Shown: in pieces, positions 13,701 through 26,689 of the stretch
Layout of the letters: each line of letters opens with the position of its first letter
How positions within the stretch are numbered: the first letter of the stretch is position 1
Origin: Azolla caroliniana
Taxonomy: Eukaryota > Plantae > Polypodiophyta
Direction: 5' to 3'
DNA: 64,000 bases
NCBI GenBank assembly: GCA_043228905.1
Contig: JBHGNT010000010.1
Coordinates: 16,306,001 to 16,370,000, forward strand
Notes under the pieces: generated by a model
Database searches by the model: none
What the model saw: only the letters and a program-made list of their open reading frames with translations
Told to the model about the DNA's origin: nothing
Made by a program: the position numbers and the translations under genes

Positions 13701-16700
13701 ACTAAAGCGACTCTGCGAGAATGCTCTTTATGCCAAGCTAGAAAAATGTAGCTTTGACTGCAAGCAAGTGGAATTTCTAGGCTACGTCATCTCCTCAAAG
13801 GGCATCGCCATGGATCCAGCTATAAAGAAAGTACAATGAAAAACATATTATTCTTCAGATTCCACTGCTTGATGACACAATTGACAAATTCTTTCATCTA
13901 AAGGTATTTGTGCATAATTGCCTACCTCAATCTATAACTGCTGTGAAGAAATTTGCATCTGCCCTATCACCCTGCGCAGCGCATTGGATAGATGTATGTC
14001 CATATAAAAGGGCCTAATGATGAATCCATCCTCTGATTTGTATAAAAAGTGCCTTATAGTGGGCCATCTGCTTATCAAGAGATGTTGGGGACTTGATCCA
14101 TTTTGTTTTCCAACTTGAATGTCTCAGCTCGGATTACTCAGTTCTTTTCCACTTTGGTCATGTTTAGATGGGGACAATTCAAACTATATTGGACTGGGGG
14201 TAGTGAATTTATGTTTAGGCCATGCGATCCGAACTATTGTTTTGTTCTAGCATACCAACAATGAATATCTCGATGTCTAGTATTAATTTGTATACACATG
14301 GGGATGAATTGTGTAATTTTGACAGGTCTGTCGAATGGTGCAGCGGCAAAAAAATTTACAGTTTGAGAGAACTGCATATGACTTGCATCTTGCTGCCAGT
14401 AGTGATGTGATTCGTACTCGATGGTTTGTGAGTCTATCTGAGATGGATATTTTTCTTCTTGGGACAGCCAAAGATGTGTAGCTACCTAATTCTCAGAGAC
14501 ATTGAATCCTCATAGAGGAATCCTAGTGATACATGTCAAGATTGTATTATATGACATCATAAATAGGAAAATGCATGCCCTTTGGGAATTGCAAAATTGG
14601 GATAGTATCAAGACCTCCCATGTGTTTTAAAGATATAGCTGGGATCCTATGCTGTTTTCTGTTAAGACGAATTATTGATCGTTGGTGTAATAGACACACT
14701 TGCCCAAGAAATGTATCATAACAGGTTGTGAATGGCTTAGCAACCTTGCAGCTTGACCATTGGTCTAATATGCTGACAATCATAGAATCATGAGTTAATG
14801 CTCAAAAGCTGCTTAATGAACAGTTGCCCAATTGAAATAACATGGCCACCAATTGAATTTTAACAAAAGTAACTATATATTTGACCAAAGCTATAGCAGA
14901 AATAGCTTTTGTTATTTGCCCCAGAATGAGGAAAATAATTTATTTTTGTAATTTTTCTTCAATTTTCTCAGAATACTAGAATCATGTTAGAAGACATCGA
15001 AAAGAAAATTTAGAAAACATACCAATACAAAGGAGACATCATAGAAAATGTCTTTCATTAATGGAAACCAACCTTAAGAAAAATCTTGGAAAAATCTTGG
15101 AAGTATTATTTCTAGGGAAAAGTACCAGGATACCCCTGGAAGTTCGTCTATTTACCAGAATGCCCCTGAAAGTTCTAAATTTACCAAACTACCCCTATGT
15201 CCAAACCATTACACTTTATAAAGTAATTATACACTCAAATCTACAAGCCCTATTTACCAAAGATGGAAGAAATGGACCCGAACTAGCCCTATTTACCAAA
15301 GATTTGAGTGTATGATTACTTTATAAAGTGTAATTTTTTGGACATAGGGGTAGATTGGTAAATTTGGAACTTCCAGGGGCATTCTGGTAAATAGACGAAC
15401 TTCCAGGGGTATCCTGGTACTTTTCCCTTATTTCTATGCATTGTAAACCTGCTGCAAGGCATAAGTACTACACTTGCCTAAGCTTAATATTTGATATCAA
15501 AGATCATCAATGCAACCATAGCAGTTTTCATCCATACTTCTTAAGGGTCAGATATCTATGGATCAACGGATGCATCCGGAACAGTCAAATAGGATGAGTA
15601 AGAGATCTCTTTGAATACTTGGGATTCTTTCCATTTTGTGTACCCATTGATTTTGACATTTATTGGTCATGCTTTTTTACGAGAGTGGATAACACCAACC
15701 ATTTGAGCAAAATTTACCCCATAGACTGGTCAGGAAAGATTCTATTTTCTTTACGACTTGCCCAAATGGCAGATCACAAAACTGTAGCTTTCCTTTTTTG
15801 GCTAACAAAAATTTGTCATGATCAACTAGGGAAAAACACTTCCTTTTTGTTACCTCTTAAAATATTTCACTTCCATTTTAGATATGTCGTTACAAAGCTT
15901 AAGAAACATTTATCATGTTAAGTCTACTTTAGTTAGACCATTGGTTTGCCAACTTTTAATTAGGTCTTGACTTCGTGGACATGTGGGTTCAACTTCTGGC
16001 AATGAATGTAGAATATTTGTTTAGTTTCTATGTAGAGATAATTCCAATACTATATGATTAGCAACAATTATTTTGGTTTGTGGTTCTCAAAGATGAGACG
16101 ACACTTAAGATGTACTCTCTTGTTTGGTCTTATAGGCCATTTGGGCCTCCTAAAAGACATTAATATATTTTTCTTTCTTTCTTTCTGATATTTATTTCTG
16201 AAGGTTCTTAGCTGGTAGATTAGGAGCCAGTTGACCACTAGAACGTTCTTGAAGTCAGAGTGATGTTGCCTCAATGAAACTAACCATGGAGTTACCCACT
16301 GTCGATGAATGTAGCTACACTGCCCTCTATTTTGATCACAGGCATTGTAAATCACACTTTCGATCAGTAAAGCTCCATCGTCTTTAGTAATGAACCATGG
16401 AAGTATGCACCATGGGATCAATGCAAATGACAATGCCCACTTGTAATGATGCTGAAACAAGGAGCTCCTACATCTCCCTTCTTGTGGTATCATGGTATAA
16501 GACTGCATTTATGTGACCAATGATATGATTGCGATTTAAGTTCAAATGAAGAGTTGCCGAGTTCTTCAATGTGATTTATAAAACTATTGATTTGTTCTAC
16601 TTGCAATAATCTAATGGAACTTGTTTTCTTATAGAATGATGTAGTTGAATGGAATTTGAGTTATTCCACAATTAGATGATCTTGTTAAATGTCTCTTTGA

Positions 16701-19700
16701 TTATGCCATTGTAGAATTGTTCAAATGATGGCATCAATATTTTGACATCTAAACTGTAATCTGTTCACATTTTGAATCTCTGATTTCCATGCTCAATTCT
16801 GAAGCAATACACTTCCCATCATGCTACAATGGACCACTATAATTTGTCTGAGATATCACATTGAGGCAGTAGATGTAAGCTGATAATATGTTCTACATGT
16901 CTTTGTTTAATCTTACAGGTATTAGGAACTAAATACCACAATAAGATATTGGATATTATTGATGCAAGGTAAGCCATTTCAATTCTCACCTTGAGTTAGG
17001 AGATGCAAAAGTAAATGTCTGGTTTCTTTTCTTGAATCTTAAGAAATTGTAGTCTTACAGTAATATACCAGAGTTTTTTGGAGGAACATGTATGTGCACA
17101 GAACTAGGAGGATGCATGAATTCTGATAAAGGCCCTTGGAACGATCCCCAAATCATGAAAGTAAAAACTGTAAATTTAAGTTTGGGTTATGAAAGGAAGC
17201 AAAATCATAGAATTTTCTACATTTATGATTGGTGCTATTTGAATTTTGCAGCTAGTAAAGGATGGACATGACATTGATGCTAGGAGAGTCATAACAATAA
17301 CTGAAAGCCCAAAAAATACTGTAATCACACTTCCTATTAATTGCAAATCATGTTTATACATACCTGAGTATGAACTCTGTGATCTTTTTGTTGCTTTGAT
17401 CTGTTGAAATTGGGTTCAGAAATCTGCCTTATTTTGTTTAGAACTTGGAAAAGAAGCCCACTCCATCTACACCTCAGATAGAGTCCGGAGCATATTCAAA
17501 CCCTTCCATTGAGATATCAAAAGATAAAAAAATTTCTACAGAGAATGAGGAGGTAATATTTTTCTTAAAAAATTAGTAACATGAGGCTTTGATTACACAG
17601 AAATGCATTTTAGTTTCAAATTTCTTTCATTGGTTCTGCATCAGATTAATGAGACTACTGCAGATTTAATTATTTCCAACCTAGAAGAATCAATCCTGTC
17701 CAGTGAAACAGTGGATTCATCGAAAATAATTCCTGGGAGTCTTGAACAAGAATGCGCTGGTAAAAGTCTTTGACATGGCGCATCTTGCGTGAGGAGTTAT
17801 GCACATATTTCCCAATCTTTATCATCAAATGGTTTTTTAGTGAATATTTGTGAATTGTTTATATGGGCCGAGCTCTTCAGCTATGTAAATGAATTTTTAA
17901 TCATACAGGTGTACCCATTGTAGGATTCAGCCTCCCACAGATCTTCATATTTATGCTTATCAGTTTAATGAAATATGTAAACAAATTAGTCCATGCCCTT
18001 CCACTACAACGTGAAAAAAGGGACACTATCACAATGAGATCTAGTGCATTGAAAGAGATTGAAGATACATTACCATCTTCCAAAAAGTCTCAAACCCTGG
18101 ATATTCTGAAAGAGCGTGTTACCATTATTGAAGAGAAGATTAAAGAGCTCTACGTGCTATCGTCAGGTATTCAATCTCACGTAGAACAAAATGTACGTCA
18201 GGATCACCTAAGACCTTTGGAAGTTGATTTGGCTGAAAACTGTAAGGTGATATTCCTATCTTTGGTTTAACAATCTCTCTTTTTCATGTTTCGTGATTAA
18301 ATAGGGTTCTCTGAATTCCTATTTTAGTAGGCTTGGTATTGTTCTATTTTACTCGATTAGGGAACCTGCAATTATTAGGCGAGAAAGCTTAATGCTGTAT
18401 AAAGTAATGTTGCATTCATTGTATATGTATATTTGTGCATGTATATTGTCTGAGAGGCCAACATGCTATATGACATGGGGTTTATCAATTTATGATATAG
18501 AATATGAAGAAAGTCATGGAAATGCAAGAAGAATTTCTACAACGGTTGAATTCTTTACAGATAAGGAAAAAGGTATGTTTTTCAAACTAGTATGTATGAT
18601 ATCTATGTTATTATATACTTTCAGAAATAACATATGAACTGATTATTTTCGTGGTTAGGGTGTTATTATTCAATGTCTTGCTGTCAAAGTGTTCCGACAA
18701 TGAATTAAGTAGACATAGAATTCTGGTTTATATATGCATAAAATTTTGGTCTCTTATTTATTGGATGTCAACCCCTAAAGCCAATATATCAAAGCTGTGA
18801 AAGATTGTATGTGGATGTGTTTTTATTATCTTTATTCTATGACAACCTCTTCTCTATGCAAATAGACTGGAATAAGTTCGGGTTCCCACAACCTCAAAAA
18901 TATATTTTGCCTCACTTCTGGGTTAGCTTTTAATTCTCATTCAGGCAACAAATTATTATGACTAACATCTTGGGAAAAATCTTTTATCTTATTGCTGGAT
19001 CTATCCTTAATTAATCAGGATAAGTAAATGGATAGTGATTTTCTTTTACCTTTTTGGCTGCTTTAGAATAGGTTATGGGTGTGTACTCATGTGCATAGTC
19101 TTCCAAACTTACTGTCATAGATCTCCATCCTCTATCTAATGAAGCTAGAATCATTCCTCTCTCAATAAAATAAATTTCGACACTATAGAGGCCTAGTAGT
19201 CAAGGATCCAAGGATTGTTGATGATAGATAGGTTCCAACCTAACGACTGAGATGAAGCTTTGGATAGCAGTATACTTAGAGTCCCTTCAAGTAAATCCAA
19301 AATTCTTGCTTTTATGTTTATGTAAAGGTAATATCTACAAACAAATGTTAGACAAATCTCTGGCCTCTTGTGAAGGCATCAAAATATTGATGTACAAGAG
19401 GATGCCAAATCTGTTGGGTTCATGTTTTGAATCACAAAAACTTAACCACTTTAGGGATATGAGAGTATTTATAGACAAGGGGAAAAAAATGCCCGTGGTC
19501 GTAACTGTGTTCACACACATCACTGTCCTAAGTGTGTTCACACATCACCGTCCTAAGTGTGTTCACACACATCACTACCAAAATATGTCAACAAATCCCC
19601 CTCGGGAGTGATGCGGTGAACAAGGAGCTGGCACTCATGGTTAAGCAAGTGCCAAGCTATGTGGATAGAGATCAATCCACAAATGGGAGTAGGCCTAAAG

Positions 19701-22700
19701 CTTTGCGGAAAGCTTCAAACTTCTCCCAAGGCAGAGCCTTTGTGAAGAGGTCTGCAATGTTCTCTTGCGTGGGCACATAAGCTAAACTAATCTCTCCAGC
19801 GGAGAACCTTTCCCTGACATAGTGATAATGCACCTCAATGTGCTTAGTGTGACCGTGGAAAACAGGGTTCCTTGCAACTGCCATTGCGCTTTGACTATCA
19901 GTGAAGATGGTGGTGGCAGAAGACTGACCAACACCCAAATCAACTACAAGGCTCTGAGCCACACACAGCGGTAGCTGTGAAAGCTGCCCTATACTCAGCC
20001 TCACAACTGGAAGTGGCCACAGTAGGCTGCTTCTTGATCAACCAAGATATGCATGAGCTACCAAGCATGAAGCAAAAACCACTTGTGGACACACGAGTGT
20101 CATAACAACCAGCCCAATCAGAGTCAGAAAAAGCATGCAGGTCTGGCGGTAGTGATCCTCCCACCTGGGGATAAAACAATCCAAGTGACCGGGTACCACT
20201 CAAGTAGTGAAAGATGCGCTTAACTGCCTGCCAATGCTGAACTCCTAGGCAATGCATAAACTTGCTCATCTGAGAGACAGAAAACTGAATATCAGGTTGG
20301 GTTATCCATAAGTAAATCAAGCATCCAACTGCCTGCTGATAGAGAATAACATCAAATGCATCTCCAGCATCATGAAGACTCAAACGTAAACCTATCTCCA
20401 TGGGAGTGGCAATAGATTACAGTCTTCAAGGCCAAAAATCTGCAATAATATGTCAATGTATTTCGATTGACACAAAGCTATTCCACCATCAACTTGCATA
20501 AATTGAATGCCCAAATAATGATGTAAATGCCCCAAATATGACATGTCAAAAGAGGCATGCAAATCAGCCTTAAAGTCAGCAATGTGCTTCTCATTGGGAC
20601 CAGTGAGCAACATATCATCAACATACACAACCATGATCAGAAATACATTACCAGCACGCTTAACATATAAGGTGCTTTCAGTTGGACTATTCACAAAACC
20701 AAATCAATCAAATAGGCATGTATCTTTTCATACCAAGAACGCAGTGCTTGCTTCAAGCCATGCAATGCTTTTCTCAACCTACACACTTTGTGTTCATGCC
20801 CTTTCTGCACAAAACGATGGGGCTGAGATACATACACCTCCTCATGAAGATCACCATTTAGAAATGTTGTTTTAATGTCCAACTGATGTACATTCCAACG
20901 ATGATGAGCTGCAATTGCGCAGACTCTACAAACAGTAGTCATATGGCAGGTGGGAGCAAAGGTCTCACCAAAATCAATGCCTTTTCCTTGGGCATAACCT
21001 TTCGCAACATGCCTAGCCTTATACCTGTCAATTGTTCCATCAGGTTACCCACTTAGTGCCAATAGCCTTCTTGCCAGGAGGCAACTCACATAAAGACCAT
21101 GTACCAATCTTCATAATAGCATCAAATTCTGATTGCATAGTAGCCATCCAATTTTCTGAATTTTGTGCTTCATCAAAAGGAACAGGCTAATTCTCATCAC
21201 AAAGACTAGAGGCAGCCATAGCTTAACAATCTGATGCAAAACAAGTACTATGAGAACTTGAACGAGTACGGTATGACAAAGGAACTTCTAATTTGCTATC
21301 TTGCAAAGTCTGCAACAGCCATTTAGGCAGTCTTTGCCTCCTCTATATCAACCCTCTCATCAGTAAGTGCATCATGTAAGTCTACATCAGAAACGGAATG
21401 ATCTGCATCATTATGAGTAGCTTCCAAAGGCTGAGATGATGCCTCAAGTGGGCCAACACTTAACTCTCCACTTGTAAAAAGAGGCAGCAAACTATCATAC
21501 ACATCTTTGGAGCTAACAGATTTTCAGCCAAAGCTAGGAACTGTTTGAAGCACAGAACACTTCGGACTTTGCCTTCAATGGATATACCAATGCATGCCTG
21601 GAAAAGTCATCAACGAAAGTCACAAAGTAAAGATAGTTCCCAAGAGAATGTGTCTGCATAGGACCACGTACATCACTATGAAGAATCTGCAATTTCTCCA
21701 TAGCTCTAACTGAACCATCTTTTGGAAAGGAGGACACCATTTCAGATTTCTGTAGGCGATCTTTGCATCAGAAATAGCTTGAGAATCCTGTATTGCACCT
21801 GATGAATCATTTATAGATCTTTCATAATCTATGAGCTTATACAGCCCACAACATAAAACGCCAGAAGCAATAATAACATCGCCATTGAACAGATAATGAA
21901 CTGTACACCTATCATCAACAAATTTAACAACTAAGCCAATCTTGGCGAATGCTAAAACTGATAACAGATTTTTCTTGATCCCTAGCAAAAACAAATCATC
22001 TGACAAGGTGAAAGAACTACCATCAACAGTAGTCAATATGATCTTACCAACACCCGTAACTGGATAAGATGAGTTGTTGGCGCATGTGACAATATCCCTG
22101 TAGGGGCAGGCTCCAATGAAGTGAAGAAATTGCGCTGCGAGGTAATATGTTTGGTTGCCCCACTGTGGAAGTACCAAACATTTGATTCTACGGCAGACAT
22201 ACATTGTTCAAGGGAAGATGGGTCAAAACTGCAAACAGTAGTAAATGCCCATTCTTCATTCTGCAAAAGATTTGCAAACTCTGTTTTCGGTGCAGAGACT
22301 TCTGAAACGAGTTCGGCCTCTTTTTTGTTTGCCCCTTTTGCAGCCAATTTTGGACAGTTCTTTATAATATGATCAGTCTTTGCAAAACAGTTTTTGTTTC
22401 TGCTCTTGTTTTTTTTCATTCATTTGTGAAGTAGATGAGTTCCATTTATCTTTGCCCTTCTGACCAGCTAGGAAAGCTAGATTTGCAACACACATAATAG
22501 ACTTGTTTTGCCTAGACTCATCTTCCTATAACAAAACAGAAACTAACTCCTCGAACGATAAGGCAATGGGATTACCTTTCATCATTAAACAAAGAGTAGA
22601 AGCAAAACTTTGATACGAATCAGGAAGACCATTTAGAACGGTCTACACAAGTGAACTATTTGGTATCATTTAATCAGCAGAAATTAATTGTTCCTTTAAA

Positions 22701-25565
22701 TCTTTGATTTTCGTAAGAAAGTTGTCCATAGAATCACCTTCATTCATGTGCTCACTCTCCAACTGTTTTCGGAGATAAGCAACATGAGCCTCATTTCTTC
22801 CTTGGTACAAAGTGGTAAGAGTATCCCAAGCATCCTTTGCTGTCTTGCAAGAGCAAATATGGGGAATAATGGTTCGTTTCACAGACAAAGCTATCAAAGC
22901 ATGTGTTTGAGCATCTCTGCCATCCCAACGAAGTTGCTCTCCATTTGGTACAATAGAAACGGTAGCATGAGCATGAGTAGGATGATCAACACCCTCGACA
23001 GAATCAGTACCATCAGCATTTGTGTTCTCAACAACAGGACGTTTTTCAACCCCCTAAACCACATTCCACAACCCTTTTGCTACTAATACATGGCGCATCA
23101 TATAAGCCTAGAGAGGGTAATTTGCCTCATCCAATTTATCCTCAACAACAAGTATCTGAAATATATCTGTTGAGAATCAAGCTCAACTTGTGTGAACATG
23201 TGCTTATGAAGAAAAGGACGATGTGTGAAAAAGTGTGTGAGCACACTTTATTGTTATCCGTGTAGTTGTCGAGTCTTAATGTGGTCAAAGAATATCATAT
23301 ATTCTTATGACCAAATCGTACTCAAGTGGATATCTTGGTTAGATTCCACCAACATATTTAATATGGCAGTCCCTTGAGGACTTGTATATAAAACCCCCTT
23401 TGCCGATTCTGTTTTGTTGATTATCTTTAGTTAATTAATATAGCTCTCGTAAGTGTATAAGTTGTCATCCCCCTACTGTGTGTTTTCTTATTTTCTGGTT
23501 ATTCTCTCTGATTCCTTCTCTTGCTTATACACTCACTCTCTCTCACACACACACTACACTTCTGAATACTCAACTCTACTAGAGGTAGATTCTTTACAAC
23601 ATCATTGCTCTCAGCCATGGCCATTGACTGAAGACGTTTTGATGCAAAAAAAGGGGATAATGTACCTTTTTGACTTAAAAGATGAACCAGCGAAGAGAAA
23701 TGGAAGCAAATCTGATTTCTGTTTAGCAACGGCAAAGAAGAAGGTTGTAGGAATGTCATAGAAGACTCAAGGAGGCTTTTAGTAGGATTGAATCAACTTG
23801 ATTTCTGTTTAGCAACGGCAGAGAAGAAGGTTGTAGGAATGTCACAGAAGACTCAAGAAGGCTTTTAGTAGGATTGAATCGACTTGGAAGCAGAAAAAAA
23901 ACACAACAGAAACTGCGCAGAGGAAGAAAACATGCAGAAATTTGTTTTGCAGCAGCAGAAAAATGCCACCACAAATGGCGCAGACAAATTGCGTATGGGA
24001 GTCATCGCCTTGTTGTTCGCTCGTTGCATTTCTGCTCAAGCGTTGCTTAGTTGCTTTGATACCACTATTGGGTTCTTGTTTTGAATCACAAAAACTTAAC
24101 CACTTTAGGGTTATGAGAGTATTTATAGACAAGGGGAAAAAACCTCCTAAAGAGTGAAAAAATGCCCCAGTGTTTCGAAGTGTGTTCACACACACCGCTG
24201 TCCTAAGTGTGTTGACACACATCACTATCCTAAGTATGTTCACACATCATTGTCCTAAGTGTGTTCACACATATCACCACCAAAATATGTCAACAGAATT
24301 AGTCCATGGGGTGTTAGGTGTGAAAGAAAAGACTATGTTTAATCCTCTCGCAGAGACCAAAATTAGTGTATGAAACCTGTTAAACAATTACATGTCAAAA
24401 TGTCATATAGTAGGAAAATGATTAAAAAGCTGTCTAAGGTATCCTAGCCATCCCACAGCGGTTTGCTGATGGTATCAATTTCAATATTACGTTCATGTAT
24501 CCAAAAAAGCCCAAGTGACCTATGGAACCAAGCCTAAGGAGATTTTGGTAAATTAAACAAAGTAGACTGTACCAAGCCTAAATAGCTGCCTTATGCAACT
24601 AGTCTATTTGAAGTATAATGATATAGGTACTATAGATACAAGTAATACAGGCCATATAATGCACAAAATAAATAAATCCAGGAGGTGTAGACTATAAGTG
24701 AGTCAGTCAGCTCATCGACATTGTCATTTGATGTTGTATGACATCAATGTACTCATAGTGAACCGTCTTGGGATTCTGCCTGAGGCGTGTCACTCTGTAT
24801 CCTCTGAGATAGACTACTTCTTCTATTGACCTAATTGGTGGGTTACTAAAAAATTGGCTTACCACAATGGTTCACTAGTCCCAATACGAGAGTGAGTGCA
24901 GGCTTTGTGTGTGTGAGTGAGAATCTCTTTTAAACAGAGCAAATTATCGCGATGCTTCTGTGGGGGATAAGAGGAGTCTTGCTGTTCTTTTGTATATACA
25001 TCAAAATGTGTGAAAATTCATAAACTCATGGCAATTTCGTGGCACCTACAAAATTAGAGCTTCACACAATGGCAATTCAATTTGAAGTTTCTTAAAATCA
25101 GTGCCGCTATGTGGTGGTTTTGGAGATGTTGTACCAGTATGAAATTCTTTATTTGAATCGAGAAATAATACGAGCACCAATCAATAAATAGAGCTGCGCG
25201 GCATGGAGAATTTATTCATGTTTGTGGCTACAAGGCCACAGAGCCATGTATAAAAGTGTGTAGTTTGGTTTCGAATCAACTTCTGATTGTTCAAGTCATT
25301 CTAAATATTGTTTGATTGTTGGAACCTCGAATATTAATATAAAAATTCGTTATTTGAATCGCTTTAAATGAATTGTTCCCATTTATTGTGTTGGTTTATT
25401 ATAAGTCTCAGCTTTAATACAAAGATAAATTTATTTATTATGTGATGAATTCTTCAACAAAATTTGGAAATAATTATCAAAGGAATATTTGTCGATGTTT
25501 GCTTTTGTATGCTTCTAATGAGTATATCAGAATATCATCAGAGAGGTTGTCTCTTTGGACAATGA
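1789..25565 (+). CDS. Sec14-like phosphatidylinositol/phosphatidylcholine transfer protein with C-terminal nodulin-like coiled coil (SFH family), 5'-partial, multi-exon
   Basis: GT-AG exons in compatible phases: 1789-2055 ([32 protein letters not shown]), 2452-2529 ([14 protein letters not shown]), 5522-5623 ([19 protein letters not shown]), 16919-16968 ([16 protein letters not shown]), 17061-17160 ([19 protein letters not shown]), 17442-17552, 17645-17759, 17909-18246, 18501-18572 (..[17 protein letters not shown]). Tentative last exon 25542-25565 (RGCLFGQ*). CRAL-TRIO motifs are clear; the last exon is uncertain. Confidence 0.88.
4990..5358 (+). mobile_element. RTE-like LINE 3' fragment with (CTTT)n tail
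   Basis: Encodes remnant [17 protein letters not shown]; ends GGTCTTATAGGCCATTTTGG..TTTCTTTCTTTC. Confidence 0.8.
6220..6849 (-). mobile_element. RTE-like LINE, 3' half (continues at 13822)
   Basis: [22 protein letters not shown]; family 3' UTR and GA-rich tail. Confidence 0.8.
6850..7850 (-). mobile_element. Ty3/gypsy-like gag N-terminus plus 5' leader
   Basis: ORF 6879-7253 ([27 protein letters not shown]) is gag-like. Leader 7310-7845 is repeated at 9648-10130. Confidence 0.6.
7861..8165. repeat. 38-bp tandem repeat, ~8 diverged copies
   Basis: Units GAGTCGGCTGGCCGAAATCGGTC.GAAAGCCGAAACGA start at 7861, 7899, 7937, 7975, 8013, 8051, ~8090, ~8128. Confidence 0.8.
8422..9050 (+). mobile_element. 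Ty1/copia GAG-pre-integrase and integrase fragment
   Basis: [31 protein letters not shown], then frameshifted [12 protein letters not shown]. Confidence 0.85.
9648..10417 (-). mobile_element. Second copy of gypsy leader plus LTR-like segment
   Basis: 9648-10130 is a diverged direct repeat of 7310-7845. Confidence 0.6.
10420..10841 (+). mobile_element. Gypsy-type aspartic protease fragment
   Basis: [22 protein letters not shown] is a degenerate D(S/T)G protease motif. Confidence 0.6.
10842..13821 (+). mobile_element. Ty3/gypsy element (Tf1/sushi/chromovirus-like): 5' LTR, gag, protease, RT; truncated in RT
   Basis: LTR ~10842-11286 (TGTCATGA..TCCTGATA, TATAAA at 11025). gag with [12 protein letters not shown] and zinc knuckle [14 protein letters not shown]; pol 12478-13821 with [29 protein letters not shown]. 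Confidence 0.92.
13822..14360 (-). mobile_element. RTE-like LINE, continuation of 6220-6849
   Basis: Colinear with 40720-40965 and 60345-60700. Confidence 0.75.
15115..15427. mobile_element. Mutator-like MITE
   Basis: ~115-bp near-perfect TIRs (GGGAAAAGTACCAGGATACCCC..), perfect 9-bp TSD TTATTTCTA at 15106-15114 and 15428-15436. Confidence 0.92.
16068..16187 (+). mobile_element. LINE 3' end fragment
   Basis: CTTGTTTGGTCTTATAGGCCATTT..(TTTC)n tail. Confidence 0.75.
23168..23598. mobile_element. Solo LTR nested in the copia gag
   Basis: TG..CA ends, TSD ATATC/ACATC; absent from the sister copy at ~63415-63430. Confidence 0.75.
23713..23884. repeat. 86-bp tandem duplication in copia leader
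   Basis: TGATTTCTGTTTAGCAACGGCA.. at 23713 and 23799. Confidence 0.85.
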
Positions 25566-26689
25566 GACGTGAACTTGTAACCACATGCAAACCTTTCCTG
25601 ATCCTGCTTGAAAAATCTATATTGATGTGATTACTAATACAACTGCTTTGTAAAATATAATTTTGATTTTTTTGCCTGTTTTAAAATGTTTGGATATGTT
25701 TAAAAGCTTAAGTCTACCGGAAGAAAATATTATTGTAAAGTAATATCAATCATTGGAAGATTTTGTGATTGCTAAATTTAAGGAGTCCATTCATGAGTAA
25801 ACAAAGATAGCTTCTACTACCATCCAATGAGTCACTTTAATATGATTTGATTGGATAGTTTCACTTGTCTATAATGATCATCACAAGTTTATTGCACTCT
25901 TTTTATTTCCTCGGACTCTCTTTGGATGATGGTTTTTTAGTTAAGGAGCTTTCTCAATATAAATTTTCGACAATAAAAATTTAATTGGCCCAATAACAAT
26001 TTTTATGAGAGTGTTTTATTGCATGTTCACTCTATTTACTAAGTGGATTGGTGTTTAGTTTCCCATAGAAAGTTCATTGAACTAAGTTTACTTTTCCAAT
26101 CATGAACATATCATGACTTTGTGTTTGTGCCTTTCACCTTTCTATTCATGACAATGAAAGCAAATGGTAATTGGAGTACGTGCATATTTAGGTGTCATAT
26201 TGTTGCAACCTCTTGATTCCAAGTGTTCAAACTAGGGATGCTAATGGGCTTCATGGTTCCAAATCGAAGGTGTCTGTGTTATCATTACTTACCATTAGAG
26301 GTAAACTATGCAAAATCCATAAAGTTGCTATGTCAATGATACTTGGACCATGATTTACTTATTAAATTCAATGTATCAAATGGAGTGTTCTAAAGGCAAG
26401 TTCATTAGTCTCAACTTTATACTACCAATCAAAACCCACATCATAGATATGCATTAATAGAGTGGGTATCATGTTAGTTTTCTATCCCACCTTGTCTGAA
26501 ACCATTGAAACCCAACATGTATGTAATTTAATGTGCTAGACAAAATATTATTCATCCCACTTTCCTTGTGCCCAAATGGAAATTGCAGGTTGAGTTGTCT
26601 CATCCACCTTTCTTGAAAATCAACAATAGCGATGTGTGTTGGCATATAGAGCAGGAAGCTATCAAAACCACTTTATTATCAATGAATGA

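Larger units (their letters stand above)
19412..24295 (-). mobile_element. Degenerate near-full-length Ty1/copia retrotransposon
   Basis: LTRs 19412-19593 and 24066-24295; PBS TGGTATCAAAGC (iMet-type) and PPT GAGGGGGATT on the minus strand. gag, protease ([10 protein letters not shown]), partial integrase, RT (YVDD) and RNase H ([19 protein letters not shown]). Degraded TSD AAATC/GAATT. Confidence 0.93.

Noticed and set aside
12478-13839. Domesticated or intact pol gene
   Set aside because: Truncated in RT, upstream gag has stops and frameshifts, and the last codons derive from the LINE.
16068-16508. 146-aa minus-strand ORF as a gene
   Set aside because: Runs into LINE tail sequence, has no recognisable domain, and is intronic.
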